Assembly: GCA_008632985.1 (NCBI GenBank)
Contig: QPGO01000316.1
Coordinates: 1-57,883 of the forward strand
Source: Psammoneis japonica
Lineage: Eukaryota
Direction: 5' to 3'
Length of the DNA: 57,883 nt
A program made the translations under genes and the position numbers. This document shows, piece by piece, positions 48,501-57,883 of the stretch. The first letter of the stretch is position 1; every line of letters begins with the position of its first letter. The notes beneath the pieces were generated by a model that saw nothing but the letters and a program-made list of their open reading frames with translations, did no database searches and was not told the DNA's origin.

Positions 48501-50750
48501 CTGACAGCTCTGCAGCTGTGAGGCCCAATGCTTTGCTTCAGCATGTGATCACAACCCCCCCCATGTTTTGCCAAAACACATTTCCAGCCAACCGGTGTCA
48601 TGCCAACGCAAGAAATTCTCAACAACGTTTTGGGGTGACATGCAGAGAGCTGCATTGGTCACAGAGCCACTGAAATTTGCCCCTCGTGCTTTCCCATGTG
48701 TGATGAGAGCACTTCTTGAAAAGTCTCAGCTCTGTTCTCAAACATGCAACACCACAAACAATGCATGCTTGTGGTTCTGCAATCTCACAAGACATTGATT
48801 TGAGGTGTTGGAGACCAACAATGCCTGCATCTTGGGCATTTGTGTTGTGTCTCTAGCGGGGGGTCAAAATCCAGCCAAATCTTCCAAAAATTTTGAGTCA
48901 AATGGGTTAAGTGGGATTCAAGACTCGTGACCAGTGGTGTGATGAAAATGTTTGTTTTTTGTTTTTGACCCTTTCTCAATGCCAACAAGACATTGGATCA
49001 TGATGACATCAACACAACCCATTTCATGGCTGTGCTCTGCTTTCCATTCCATGGCTGGCCTCCTGACAACTGTGGTTGACTTGTGCCGCACAAAGGCAAA
49101 GCAACCCACAAAAACTTGTTGCAAGCAACTCACTCATTTTTCTTTTCAGATTTGACATTTGTGTCTTTGAGGTCAGCAATCCAGAGCACTGGACAAAAGC
49201 AAGGTGTGGAAGCTCAACTCATTTGGTTTTGTCATCCCACAGGATGTTGGCATCTTGGCATCAATGCAATGCTGTCAACATTGTTTGAGTGTTTTTTCTT
49301 TGATCACACACCAAGAATCTTGTGAGCAAACTTCATCCTGTGTGTTTTTTCTTTCCAGCCAGACTCTTGCCAAATCAACAAAATCAAAGTGACTTGAGCC
49401 ATCAGAGTTGCTTCACTGCAGCCTCAAAAATTTCTGGGATCCAAGTTGTTGCTCTGCACACAGGAAAATCTGGGGCCAACATCCTTTGCTTTCTTGAAGA
49501 TCACACCGCCACAGCAGCTCCCTCTCCATCTCACTGGCAGCTCTGACACAAAACCAACCTGATGTGCTCCAGCCACACGTGGACCAAATTGTGCACAAAA
49601 ACGACATTTGCATGACATTCACGCGGTCTCTGACTTGCGATCGAGCTTTCTCCACCAAAAGATGAGGAGCAACGTGTCTCACACCACCACAAATCAGTCA
49701 CCCATTGACCCTTTCTTGCATTTCCACCAGCTTTGACTCAGCAGGTGCCCAAAATCTGGCAAATGGTGAGTTGACACATTGTCTGCATGCAACGTGGTGA
49801 CACCACGAACAGCTGGAGCGGCACATTTGCACACTTCTTGGCTCGCTGCCACTTTGCTGATGGCCCCTTCGCACCCCCACACATGAGGCAGTGCAACAAG
49901 CCTGCTGTTGCAATGGGACTCGAAATGGTGATGTTCATCAGGAAACAGTTGCGCGATGAAGTCCACTGTCGTCATCGGCAACTTCCGTTCAATTTCCATT
50001 TGGCTGCTGGCAATGCATGGCATGGAATGGAGTTGCGCAGTCATTCACCGTGGTGATGGTCTGTGCGCTTGTCCGGAGCGCACTGCGAACCGTCTCAGGC
50101 AAAAAAGAAAAACGCAGCAGTGCGATCAGACATGGGCCATGGGCAGTCAGAACGATGAACGCAAACATTGTTTGATGGTGAACCTGTTGTCGACAGTGAC
50201 GACATGTCATGACAGCGAACGCACTGTGAGGTCATCGTTCAAATGAAACCACGGCACCCCAAAACGAAGACGGGATCGAAGACATCAACACGCTCAGAAG
50301 CCGAAGCAAGGATCATCAGCTCGATGCGCTCTGCGCAAACGTTTTCGCTGTGTTCTCGCTTGGCTTGCGACGATGACGCGCAGCACAGAGACAAGAATGA
50401 AGAGTGTGCATTTGAGCAATGTTCGAACCAATGGCAGAGCACCACTTCCAACCAATGTGCATTTGGCACAAGTTTGATGACGGGATGCTTTCGTGTGAAA
50501 CAAGCTCATCAAAAATGGAAACTCGAATGGTGTCACACAACTGGTCGCACTGTCCTCAACGTTGGATGAAATGAGTTTTCAACAGCTGGAGCAGTTTGGT
50601 TTGGATGGCAAATTTTCGTTTGAAGAATTTGACGGAGGCCGTTTTGCTTCCTTCCAATCCTGAACATTTTTCTTTGTCGCTCAAATGACAAACATCCCAA
50701 ACAACCGCTTGCGCTTCCTGTGGTTGACTCTGAGCCGACTCAGGCTGACC
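47700..50750. other. Hypermutated domain 3 (TpA depleted; CpG also lost in the core ~48100-49600)
   Basis: Few TA. The duplicated upstream motif tgttatcgacagtaacg (54528) reads tgttgtcgacagtgacg here (~50185), and ggcagagtacc (~30667) reads ggcagagcacc (~50433). Confidence 0.85.
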
Positions 50751-50761
50751 TACAGTCAGTC

Positions 50762-51152
50762 GACGCGTTCCAGGTCTAGGTGGGGACCTCGCACTACTGA
50801 ACTGTGACATCGATAGTTTTTTGAATCTCGTCGTATGTCGCGCACGTAGAATTCTACGTGATTTTTTGATATTTTGTGTCATTTTACGGTACACTTATTG
50901 AGCGATCCGTCCAAAAACTTTTGACATTTTTTGTTACAGCGCGATTCTATAATGTCTTAAAAAATCGCGTAGGGCAGGTGCATTTGCAAAAACGTCGAGT
51001 GGCAAGAGGCATAATTGTACCACAAACTTGGCCGTTTATTTGATGTTGAAGATAAATATATCCATTAATTAAATTCTCGCACTGCGGAGCTCGCACGTAG
51101 AATTCTACGGGCCAAATGTCACACGGAGTCCCACCTAGGGCTGGAACGCGTC
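50762..51152. mobile_element. 391-bp MITE, copy 2 (essentially unmutated)
   Basis: TIRs GACGCGTTCCAGGTCTAGGTGGG / CCCACCTAGGGCTGGAACGCGTC and 4-bp TSD AGTC. Absent from the paralogous site near 30985. Confidence 0.95.
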
Positions 51153-51233
51153 AGTCGTCTTTGCTGTGTGATGACCAAGCAAAATCGCAAAACAAGAAGT
51201 CATGGACTGTTGGATTTTAATTTGAGGACTGGG

Positions 51234-52076
51234 GAGGAAAGACAAATGAGTGTACTCAAGTGTAATTGAAGTGTACCTTTTCCAATGTACCAGATGACCA
51301 TGTAGAATTCTACGTGCGGCGTTCAGTCGTAAGTGTACTTTTCAGTCGTAAGTGTGCTTTTTGGGCAACCAAGTGTACTTTGTGTTCCGTTCGACAAGTT
51401 CAGCATAGCCATCAATTTCAACCCGGTTTTTTCTCCTAAAGCTCTGTCATATAATTTACCATTTTCCGCAAAAGTGTTGGTGGTCAATTGGTCTACAGGT
51501 ATTTTGGCACTATTTCGATCGTATCCAGATCATCGAAAAAGTGCAGAATAAGGAGCTTAGTACATTTCTACACATTTCTACTTAAGTCGTGCCTTGGTCG
51601 CGAATGGACAATTAAGTGTACTTTGCTTTACGATCGATAAGGCCAGCCGATACATCAATTTCAACCCAGTTTTTTCTCCCAAAAATCCATCATGTATTTT
51701 GGAATGTGATGTGCAAGTTTTTGCGGTGAATTGCTTTTGTCTTTTGGCACTGTTTTGATTGCAACCAATGCAACCAAAAAGCAAAGTTGGAGGTTCTTGG
51801 TACATGTCCTACACATTTCTACGAAGGTGGCGATTACACCACGCTAGTTCTCCCGAAAAGTCCTCACACATAAGTAATTCTCTCAAAAGTCATTGTGGTG
51901 TCATTGTCAAATCTTCAATCTATATTCATGAATGAAGCATTGAGCAGTACATGGCTACGTAGACTAACGACATTACTTTAGTACGTACAATTCTACCTGA
52001 GAGTCATAAGTGTACTCGAGAGTGCACTTGAAGTAGTAGTGCACTTCACGGGTGGTACACTTTTTTGACTTTTCCC
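51234..52076. mobile_element. 843-bp non-autonomous Mutator-like (MULE) element
   Basis: 10-bp TSD GAGGACTGGG (51224-51233 and 52077-52086), single copy at the empty paralogous site 31052. Imperfect 22-bp TIRs (17/22), many AGTGTAC/AGTGCAC subterminal motifs and an internal ~245-bp direct duplication. Confidence 0.85.
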
Positions 52077-53203
52077 GAGGACTGGGTCGAAGCTACTTGA
52101 GATGGCTCAATGTGCAGTATCGTGACGACGTGTCTGGAGTGGCCGGCTGGCTCGGCCATCAAGTGAGTAAATGTGTATCCATTGGCATTGTTGGAGGTCG
52201 AGGATGCAATGTCGACCGAAATACAGAGAAAAAAAGGCAGTATCACACTCCAATGAGCTCTTGAAGTCATCATGAGCTCCGTGTTTGACTTGGAATTATG
52301 AAAGATGGAATCGACACACGAGCCCACTCAAAAGTCCTTTTGGAAACTGATAATCCGTTCCTTTACGGAGAATATTACAATGACAGGGCAAAAGACAAAC
52401 CTTGAATCAAGCATATTACCAGTATATACATGTGTGGCTGGTCAGTTCTCTGCGCCAATCAAACGAGTTTAACAGCGGCGCTTTCATCACGAATTGAGAC
52501 AAAAATACGCTCGACAACTCACATACCGTATGCACGCTTGGATACGTCTGCATATATGATCTGCCCAATCGTCGGAAGATGCGGCACAAGGTAGAAGGAA
52601 AAGGAAGTTTTCAAGTAAGTAGCTGTCTGCTTTGCTAAGGTATCTGTTATTATTTAAAAGAAGGCGCATAGCTACAACCTGAATCACGTCCATAAGAAAC
52701 GAAAAGGATAGTAACGTGCATCTACGGTACTATCGCTGTGCATTTACACAACTTACGCGGTAGAGATTTTGCGGCTGTAGTGCTCTTAACTGGATCATTT
52801 CCGAGCCATTCTTACCGTGAAACAACGTCCCTGCGGTGACACATGCTCGTCGTGAAACGCAACGTGGCTTTCGGGCCGACGAGACAATGAGAGGTCCTTA
52901 TGTAAAGACATGTAACAAGCGTTTCAACTAGCGTATGGCTTCTTTTGAATGGCAATACCATACGACAACTGTTTCACTGAGAATCCACATGCAGATTCTT
53001 GAATTGTCGCCACTCTCTTTCGCGTGTAAAGCTGGTTGCATTAAGATATTGGTCTACCGTAATACAAAGGGTATGGCTACATTCTAATGGCATCAATGAG
53101 ATAGTCATTGGGTCTAGCAAGCGCGTTCATAGAAAGCTACATTGCATTAGTCTACAGTACACAGCATCTACCGTCATCGAATTGAGACCGCTCCACAACA
53201 TGT

Positions 53204-54394
53204 TTACAAAACGTCCACACAAAACTCACTATTCCTCGCGAGCTCTCTTGGTTCCTCTTTTTTGACTCGTTTCTTTACAAAGTTCGGGTTGTGCTTCAAG
53301 ATCCAAAATATAAAGTTCTCGTCGCTTCGACGACCCGCCAAGACGTGCGGCCAGAGAGCATCAGGAACTCCATTTTCTCGACGCAGCAGGTGTCGTCCGG
53401 CCTTGTTCATATCGCAGTAGCAGTCCATTTCATCTTGGGATGCAGAGTGGGGCATCTGCACACTTTCAAGAGAATACGAAGCCTTGCCGATTTCTTCGGG
53501 AGAAACAGTGAGAGCAGCACAACCCCACAAACTGAGATGTTTGAGTCTCGGCAGCGACAGAACCTCTTTGCCAATTTGAGTCAAATTCCTACAGCTCCAG
53601 ACATTCAGCTGTTCTAGCTTCTGAAATGATCCCACTGCGGGAGGTAGCTCTTCGAGATCAAGACAACTGCTCAAACCCAACTTTGTCAAATTCGACAGAC
53701 TGCTTGTGCCAATGTTTTGTAAGAATTCTCGTGGGCCATGCGACAAGTCACGCAAGGAGAGAGTTTTCAGGTTCGACAGCTGACCAATCTCAACAGGAAT
53801 CTCAGTGAGGCTTTCGCAACCGGAAAGGTCGAGGTCTTCCAATTGATGCAACTGTCCAATTCCCGGGGGAAGCCGAGTGAGAGATTCGCAATTCCACATG
53901 GACAATTTTTTCAATTTTGTCAAATGGAAAATGTCACTTGGCAACCCCACGAGACTTTTACACGAACTTAAGTCCAACACCTCAAGACGTGAGAGCCGAT
54001 TCAAACTAAGAGGCAGTCGTTCGAGCTTGACACAACCATCCAATCGCAACTCTCTCAAGTTTGTCAATCGTCCAATCTCATCTGGCAAGGTGACGAGATT
54101 GCGACATTCAAAAAGATGCAGCACTTCGAGGTTCGTCAATCGCCCAATCTCTGGAGGCAGTCGCTGGAGATTTTGGCAATACCCCAAGTCTAACTCCACC
54201 AGTCGGTGCAACATGCCGATCTCGGCTGGCAATTCAACTAAATCCTTCGAGCGCACGAGAATTTTTCTGGCATTGACGTATCCTTCACACCCTGGTTCAA
54301 TTTCGACATGTCGCCTTGATGACAACACCTCCTCTGACTCTCCTGCAGCTCGTGCCATTGTACCGAGGATTCTAGCAGATGCATCGTCTTCCAT
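53204..54394 (-). CDS. Leucine-rich repeat protein, copy C
   Basis: 396-aa ORF paralogous to 32191-33360, with the same LRR architecture and C-terminal motif. Confidence 0.88.
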   Translation of the reverse strand: MEDDASARILGTMARAAGESEEVLSSRRHVEIEPGCEGYVNARKILVRSKDLVELPAEIGMLHRLVELDLGYCQNLQRLPPEIGRLTNLEVLHLFECRNLVTLPDEIGRLTNLRELRLDGCVKLERLPLSLNRLSRLEVLDLSSCKSLVGLPSDIFHLTKLKKLSMWNCESLTRLPPGIGQLHQLEDLDLSGCESLTEIPVEIGQLSNLKTLSLRDLSHGPREFLQNIGTSSLSNLTKLGLSSCLDLEELPPAVGSFQKLEQLNVWSCRNLTQIGKEVLSLPRLKHLSLWGCAALTVSPEEIGKASYSLESVQMPHSASQDEMDCYCDMNKAGRHLLRRENGVPDALWPHVLAGRRSDENFIFWILKHNPNFVKKRVKKEEPRELARNSEFCVDVL

Positions 54395-54859
54395 TCTGCA
54401 GCAATGTCAAACTGGATTCGCGGCTGCACTCAAAAATCGACTCTTGTCTCGGCGAATTCAGCACAGTATTTCACAAACACTGTGATCTCACGAGTCCAGA
54501 CTGTGAACGCAAACAGTTGACAGTTACTGTTATCGACAGTAACGCGATATATTATGACGACGAAGTAACGCGTATTATACCGTGAATGAGGTCGCTGGGG
54601 TGGAGCGAGCGAGAAGCGAGTGATGAGAGGCGACGAGAGGTCGACGGTGCGTGGCGTGGTGCGTGGCGGATGATGGGCGAACGGAGAATAGTGGTTGCGC
54701 GCAGCGCGCAGGCCGCCAGACCCCAATCGCAAATCACTCATCACTCTCACACTCTATCTCTGCCAAAAAAATAATAAAGCAGCAAGAAACATGACGATAC
54801 TTATCTCAAGTGCCGTCCGCAAATCGTTTGTTGTATGAATTGCCCGCCACCTTTATAAA

Positions 54860-55516
54860 ATGTCATGCCACCAAAGGTCCATGGCGACTCGATTTTTCGT
54901 CTTGCAGAACTGTTTTCAATGTCGTAATGTACCGCTGCGAATGGCGTTTCTCCGAAATTTCCATCTCACAGTTGACCAGAAACGAAAAGAGTCTGCCATT
55001 TTTGGCCAGCCTCTGCCCAATCCAAAATCAAAGAATGAGGACGGGCCTCATCGAATGCCACGCACTTTGAACGAATGGAAATTAGTTGCGTCGTGGACGT
55101 GGACCGACTACAAGAGCACGTGGGAAGGTTTTTTGGTTCCAAAGGAAAAGGAACAAGAAGGAACAATACAAAAAGACGAGGAAGAGTTGATTGAAACAAT
55201 CGAGCAGAAAAAGAAATCAGTCAAGGAGAATGTCAGTAAAAACTTAGATTTTGTTCAAGAGGAAGGAACGTATTGGAAGAACAAGGTGCAAGACGAGACT
55301 GGAATTCACTCGGGAGAAGACTTGAAACGGTGGGCGGGAGAACAAATGAAGCTAGCGACGGAATGTCTGTCCGAATTCATGGCGGGATACCGCACCGGGC
55401 GTGACAAGGAGATTGACAGAATGCTGCACGAATACTTTCAAGAGAACGAACAACAAGAAGAAAAGCCGAAACGAAAACGACGCAAACCAAAACGGAGAGA
55501 ATTGAAACGAAGATAA
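54860..55516 (+). CDS. Hypothetical protein (possible organellar presequence, coiled-coil, basic C-terminus)
   Basis: Intact 218-aa ORF with normal TA/CG content. A decayed copy lies at 41800-42425. Confidence 0.7.
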   Translation: MSCHQRSMATRFFVLQNCFQCRNVPLRMAFLRNFHLTVDQKRKESAIFGQPLPNPKSKNEDGPHRMPRTLNEWKLVASWTWTDYKSTWEGFLVPKEKEQEGTIQKDEEELIETIEQKKKSVKENVSKNLDFVQEEGTYWKNKVQDETGIHSGEDLKRWAGEQMKLATECLSEFMAGYRTGRDKEIDRMLHEYFQENEQQEEKPKRKRRKPKRRELKRR

Positions 55517-55606
55517 GTTGCAAATACAGTTACAATACTGCATCACTAAAGTACCCTCTTTAAAGATAGAGGGTACAAATAAAAGAATACCTGATTCTTG
55601 CGCATT

Positions 55607-57131
55607 TCACTTTGCCTCATTGGAAGCCTCTTTCAATTCAATTTCAATAACTTGTTTGCTAGGCACATATTGTCGCGTCGTGACATTGGCCATTTGCAAC
55701 ATGACCCGGCTGGCCCTGGAGCAATCCACGTCATGGTATTGATCACTCAGATAGACAATCTCTTTGATTCCCGATTGGATAATGAACTTGGCGCATTCGT
55801 TGCAGGGAAAGAGTGCGACATAGAGCGTGGAACCCTCCACGTCTGTGGTGCACTTGTTGAGAATAGCATTCACTTCGGCATGGCATACGTACATGTACTT
55901 TGTCAACAAGCTGCCTTCGGGAGAGGACCGTGACCAAGGCAAGACATCATCGGAACAACCTCGGGGGAAACCATTGTAGCCGACGCCAATAATGCGTTTC
56001 TTCGAATCCACAATACAGGCGCCGACTTGAGTGTTTGGATCCTTGCTTCGTTGGGCAGTCAAGAATGCCATGGCCATGAAATAGTCGTCCCACGACATGT
56101 AGTCTTGTCGTTTTATCAAGGGTGCCTTGGACATGTCATAGGAATCGCCCACTTCCGTGGCCAAGAGATGTTTGCAAAACTGCATGCGCTCGCAGTCTTG
56201 ATTATCCGTTGCTTGATTATTGGAGGGAATCATCATCATCGTCTCGTGTCCACTTGTCGGTGCCATGCTTTGAACAAAGTCAAGCACGACACTAGAAAGA
56301 GTGGGTGTGTATTGGCGAGTCTTGATCCCAGCCATGGCAAACATGATGCGACTCGCCATGTACTCCTCTTTTTCGTGTTGAGTATCCGTCATATACACAA
56401 CTTCTCGAATTCCAGCTTGAAGAATGACCTTGGCACACTCGTTGTCTGTAGATTTGAACGGGATAAGGTTGTGTAGCATAAGATTGAAATGAGACGAGCC
56501 CTTACAGTATGAATATAAGAATATTTCAGACGAAACGGCACAACTTACGTGGATAATGCTGGACATACAGTTTCGTGCCCTTTACGTTGGCACTGCACTT
56601 GTTGAGAATCGCATTGATTTCAGCGTGGCAAACATATGCGTCTCGGGTCTGCAGCCAAGGAGTCTTGTCTGTATTTTTCTCCGTATGATTTGAATCATGC
56701 CAAGGCAAGACATTGTCGGAACAATCCCGAGGAAATCCGTTGTAACCGATACCCACGATAAGGTTATCGCTATTGACAATACAGGCTCCGGTCGGTGGTG
56801 GGATCCTTACTACGCTGAGCACTCAACAAAACGACCGACATGAAGTAATCGTCCCACGTTAGATAATCCGTACGTTTCTTGGTACTCGATAAGGTCGTTT
56901 TGTGTTTGGTTTCTCGTTGAAACAATTCCTGGGCTTTCTCCTGAGACAGCGGAGTTGGAAATGTTTCTGAAGGCTTGTTTTCGCTATTTTCCGTAGAGAT
57001 GCTGCGTGGCGTGACGAATGATTTTGAGTCATTCAATTTGATTCGCTTGACGGAGGGAGTCTCACCACCATTTAGGTGCTCTGTAAGGCTGACGAATCCA
57101 GAGAAGTTGTCATGTCTTCTTTCGTCTTCAT
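55607..57131 (-). CDS. DCTD: dCMP deaminase with two tandem deaminase domains
   Basis: The block WDDYFM..AQRSKDP..GACIV..G.GYNGFP..YVCHAE.NAILN..NECAK occurs twice. One intron at ~56446-56548. Apparent single-base frameshift near 56800; start uncertain. Confidence 0.85.
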
Positions 57132-57883
57132 GATGGCTTCAAAATTTCGATCTGGGTCGAGACGACAAAGACAGTGGAACGGTAGAGGAAAAGCGGTGAA
57201 AGAGACTACTAACCACAGACGCTTCATGCAAAGAATCAGCGAAGAATGCAGAAATGATGGTTCCTGAAGAAGTCGACCCTCATTCGTTTAACAGCACAGT
57301 ACCATTAAGAATGAGATAACAGTGTAGCCGTGAGCGCCGTCTGAAACCTCACGCTGTCCGCCATCATGTTGGATGTTGGATGTCGCGCCATCTTTTGGCT
57401 TTTTGGCCGCGCTAAAGATCATCGATTGCCATTAGTTGATTGTGCTTAACATGCTGAGAATGTTGGTTGACGTCCGTCCGTCCTCCGGTAAGTCCCACCC
57501 ACCGCCGCCGCACTTCCACTTCGGTTGTCGCGCAGCGTGTTTGTGGTGCGCGAAATGAGAACGTTAACTGTGTTGCGGTTGGCCGTTGGCCGCGATGGCC
57601 AATCATGTCAAGACTCTTCGTCGCGTTCAGCAACTCGTAAAGGCACATCTAAAGCAATCGCGGATCTTCACATAAGGCGCCACCTCAGGCTCACAAATTC
57701 CAAACGTTATCAAGGCAACAAATCCAGTCATGGCAAGACTTCCGTCGCGTCTTTGACGCATAACGCGTGGCGGTGGAAATCTGCGACTGTTCGCGGATGG
57801 TGCAACTACTGTTCGCGGATGGTCATAAATTCGAATGCTTTCCATACTACACAGCTGGGGCTACCCTCTTGAAATTCTGAAGA

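Larger units (their letters stand above)
50240..54560 (+). repeat. Segmental duplicate of ~30480-33500 (unknown gene fragment + LRR gene + upstream motif)
   Basis: Long collinear matches, e.g. aagtttgatgacgggatgctttcgtgtgaaa (30701 / 50470), ggatagtaacgtgcatct (31688 / 52706), and the LRR genes. Confidence 0.9.

Noticed and set aside
48890..48911. piggyBac-like end (..AAATGGG-TTAA)
   Set aside because: No matching opposite terminus or transposase was found.
50762..51152. Classical RIP (CA->TA) acting on the TA-rich copies
   Set aside because: The polarity is opposite. Intact genes, TIR symmetry, the PBS and conserved Tyr positions all indicate TA is ancestral.
51240..52060. CRISPR-like array from the recurring AGTGTAC motifs
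   Set aside because: The motifs are short and irregularly spaced, the context is eukaryotic, and they are explained as transposon subterminal repeats.
43628..57131. TDP1 and dCMP deaminase as an encoded mutator cassette
   Set aside because: Both are housekeeping families, neither explains A->G at TpA, and adjacency alone is weak evidence in a eukaryote.

Overview
Eukaryotic DNA, most likely a pennate diatom: compact genes with short GT-AG introns, a bipartite-type plastid presequence, CoDi-like Ty1/copia elements and a diatom-type LRR family. 1-21.0 kb is ordinary gene-dense sequence (SulP-like 5' end, MYND-finger protein, FTHFS, anoctamin, DUF1769/DUF547 protein, Tic21-like protein). 21.7-54.6 kb is an accessory region with a full-length defective copia element, two old copia remnants, four non-autonomous DNA transposons, a tandemly duplicated LRR-gene unit and pseudogenes. 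TDP1-like and alpha/beta-hydrolase genes sit inside it, and a tandem-domain dCMP deaminase follows it. The main signal is three sharply bounded domains (~21.8-30.1, ~33.8-43.2, ~47.7-50.75 kb) in which TpA has been almost entirely converted to TpG or CpA. This is A:T->G:C hypermutation at TpA on both strands, the reverse of fungal RIP. Internal duplicate pairs polarise it directly: two 391-bp MITE copies (18 of 26 TpA converted in the in-domain copy), two 47-bp LTRs (5 of 6 differences at TpA) and gene/pseudogene pairs. It runs ahead of CpG decay, follows chromosomal domains rather than element boundaries, spares intact paralogs outside the domains, strips Tyr and TAA/TAG codons, and may seed (CA)n microsatellites. 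It looks like a repeat-targeted mutational genome-defence process. I know of no description of it but could not search the literature. All counts were made by eye.
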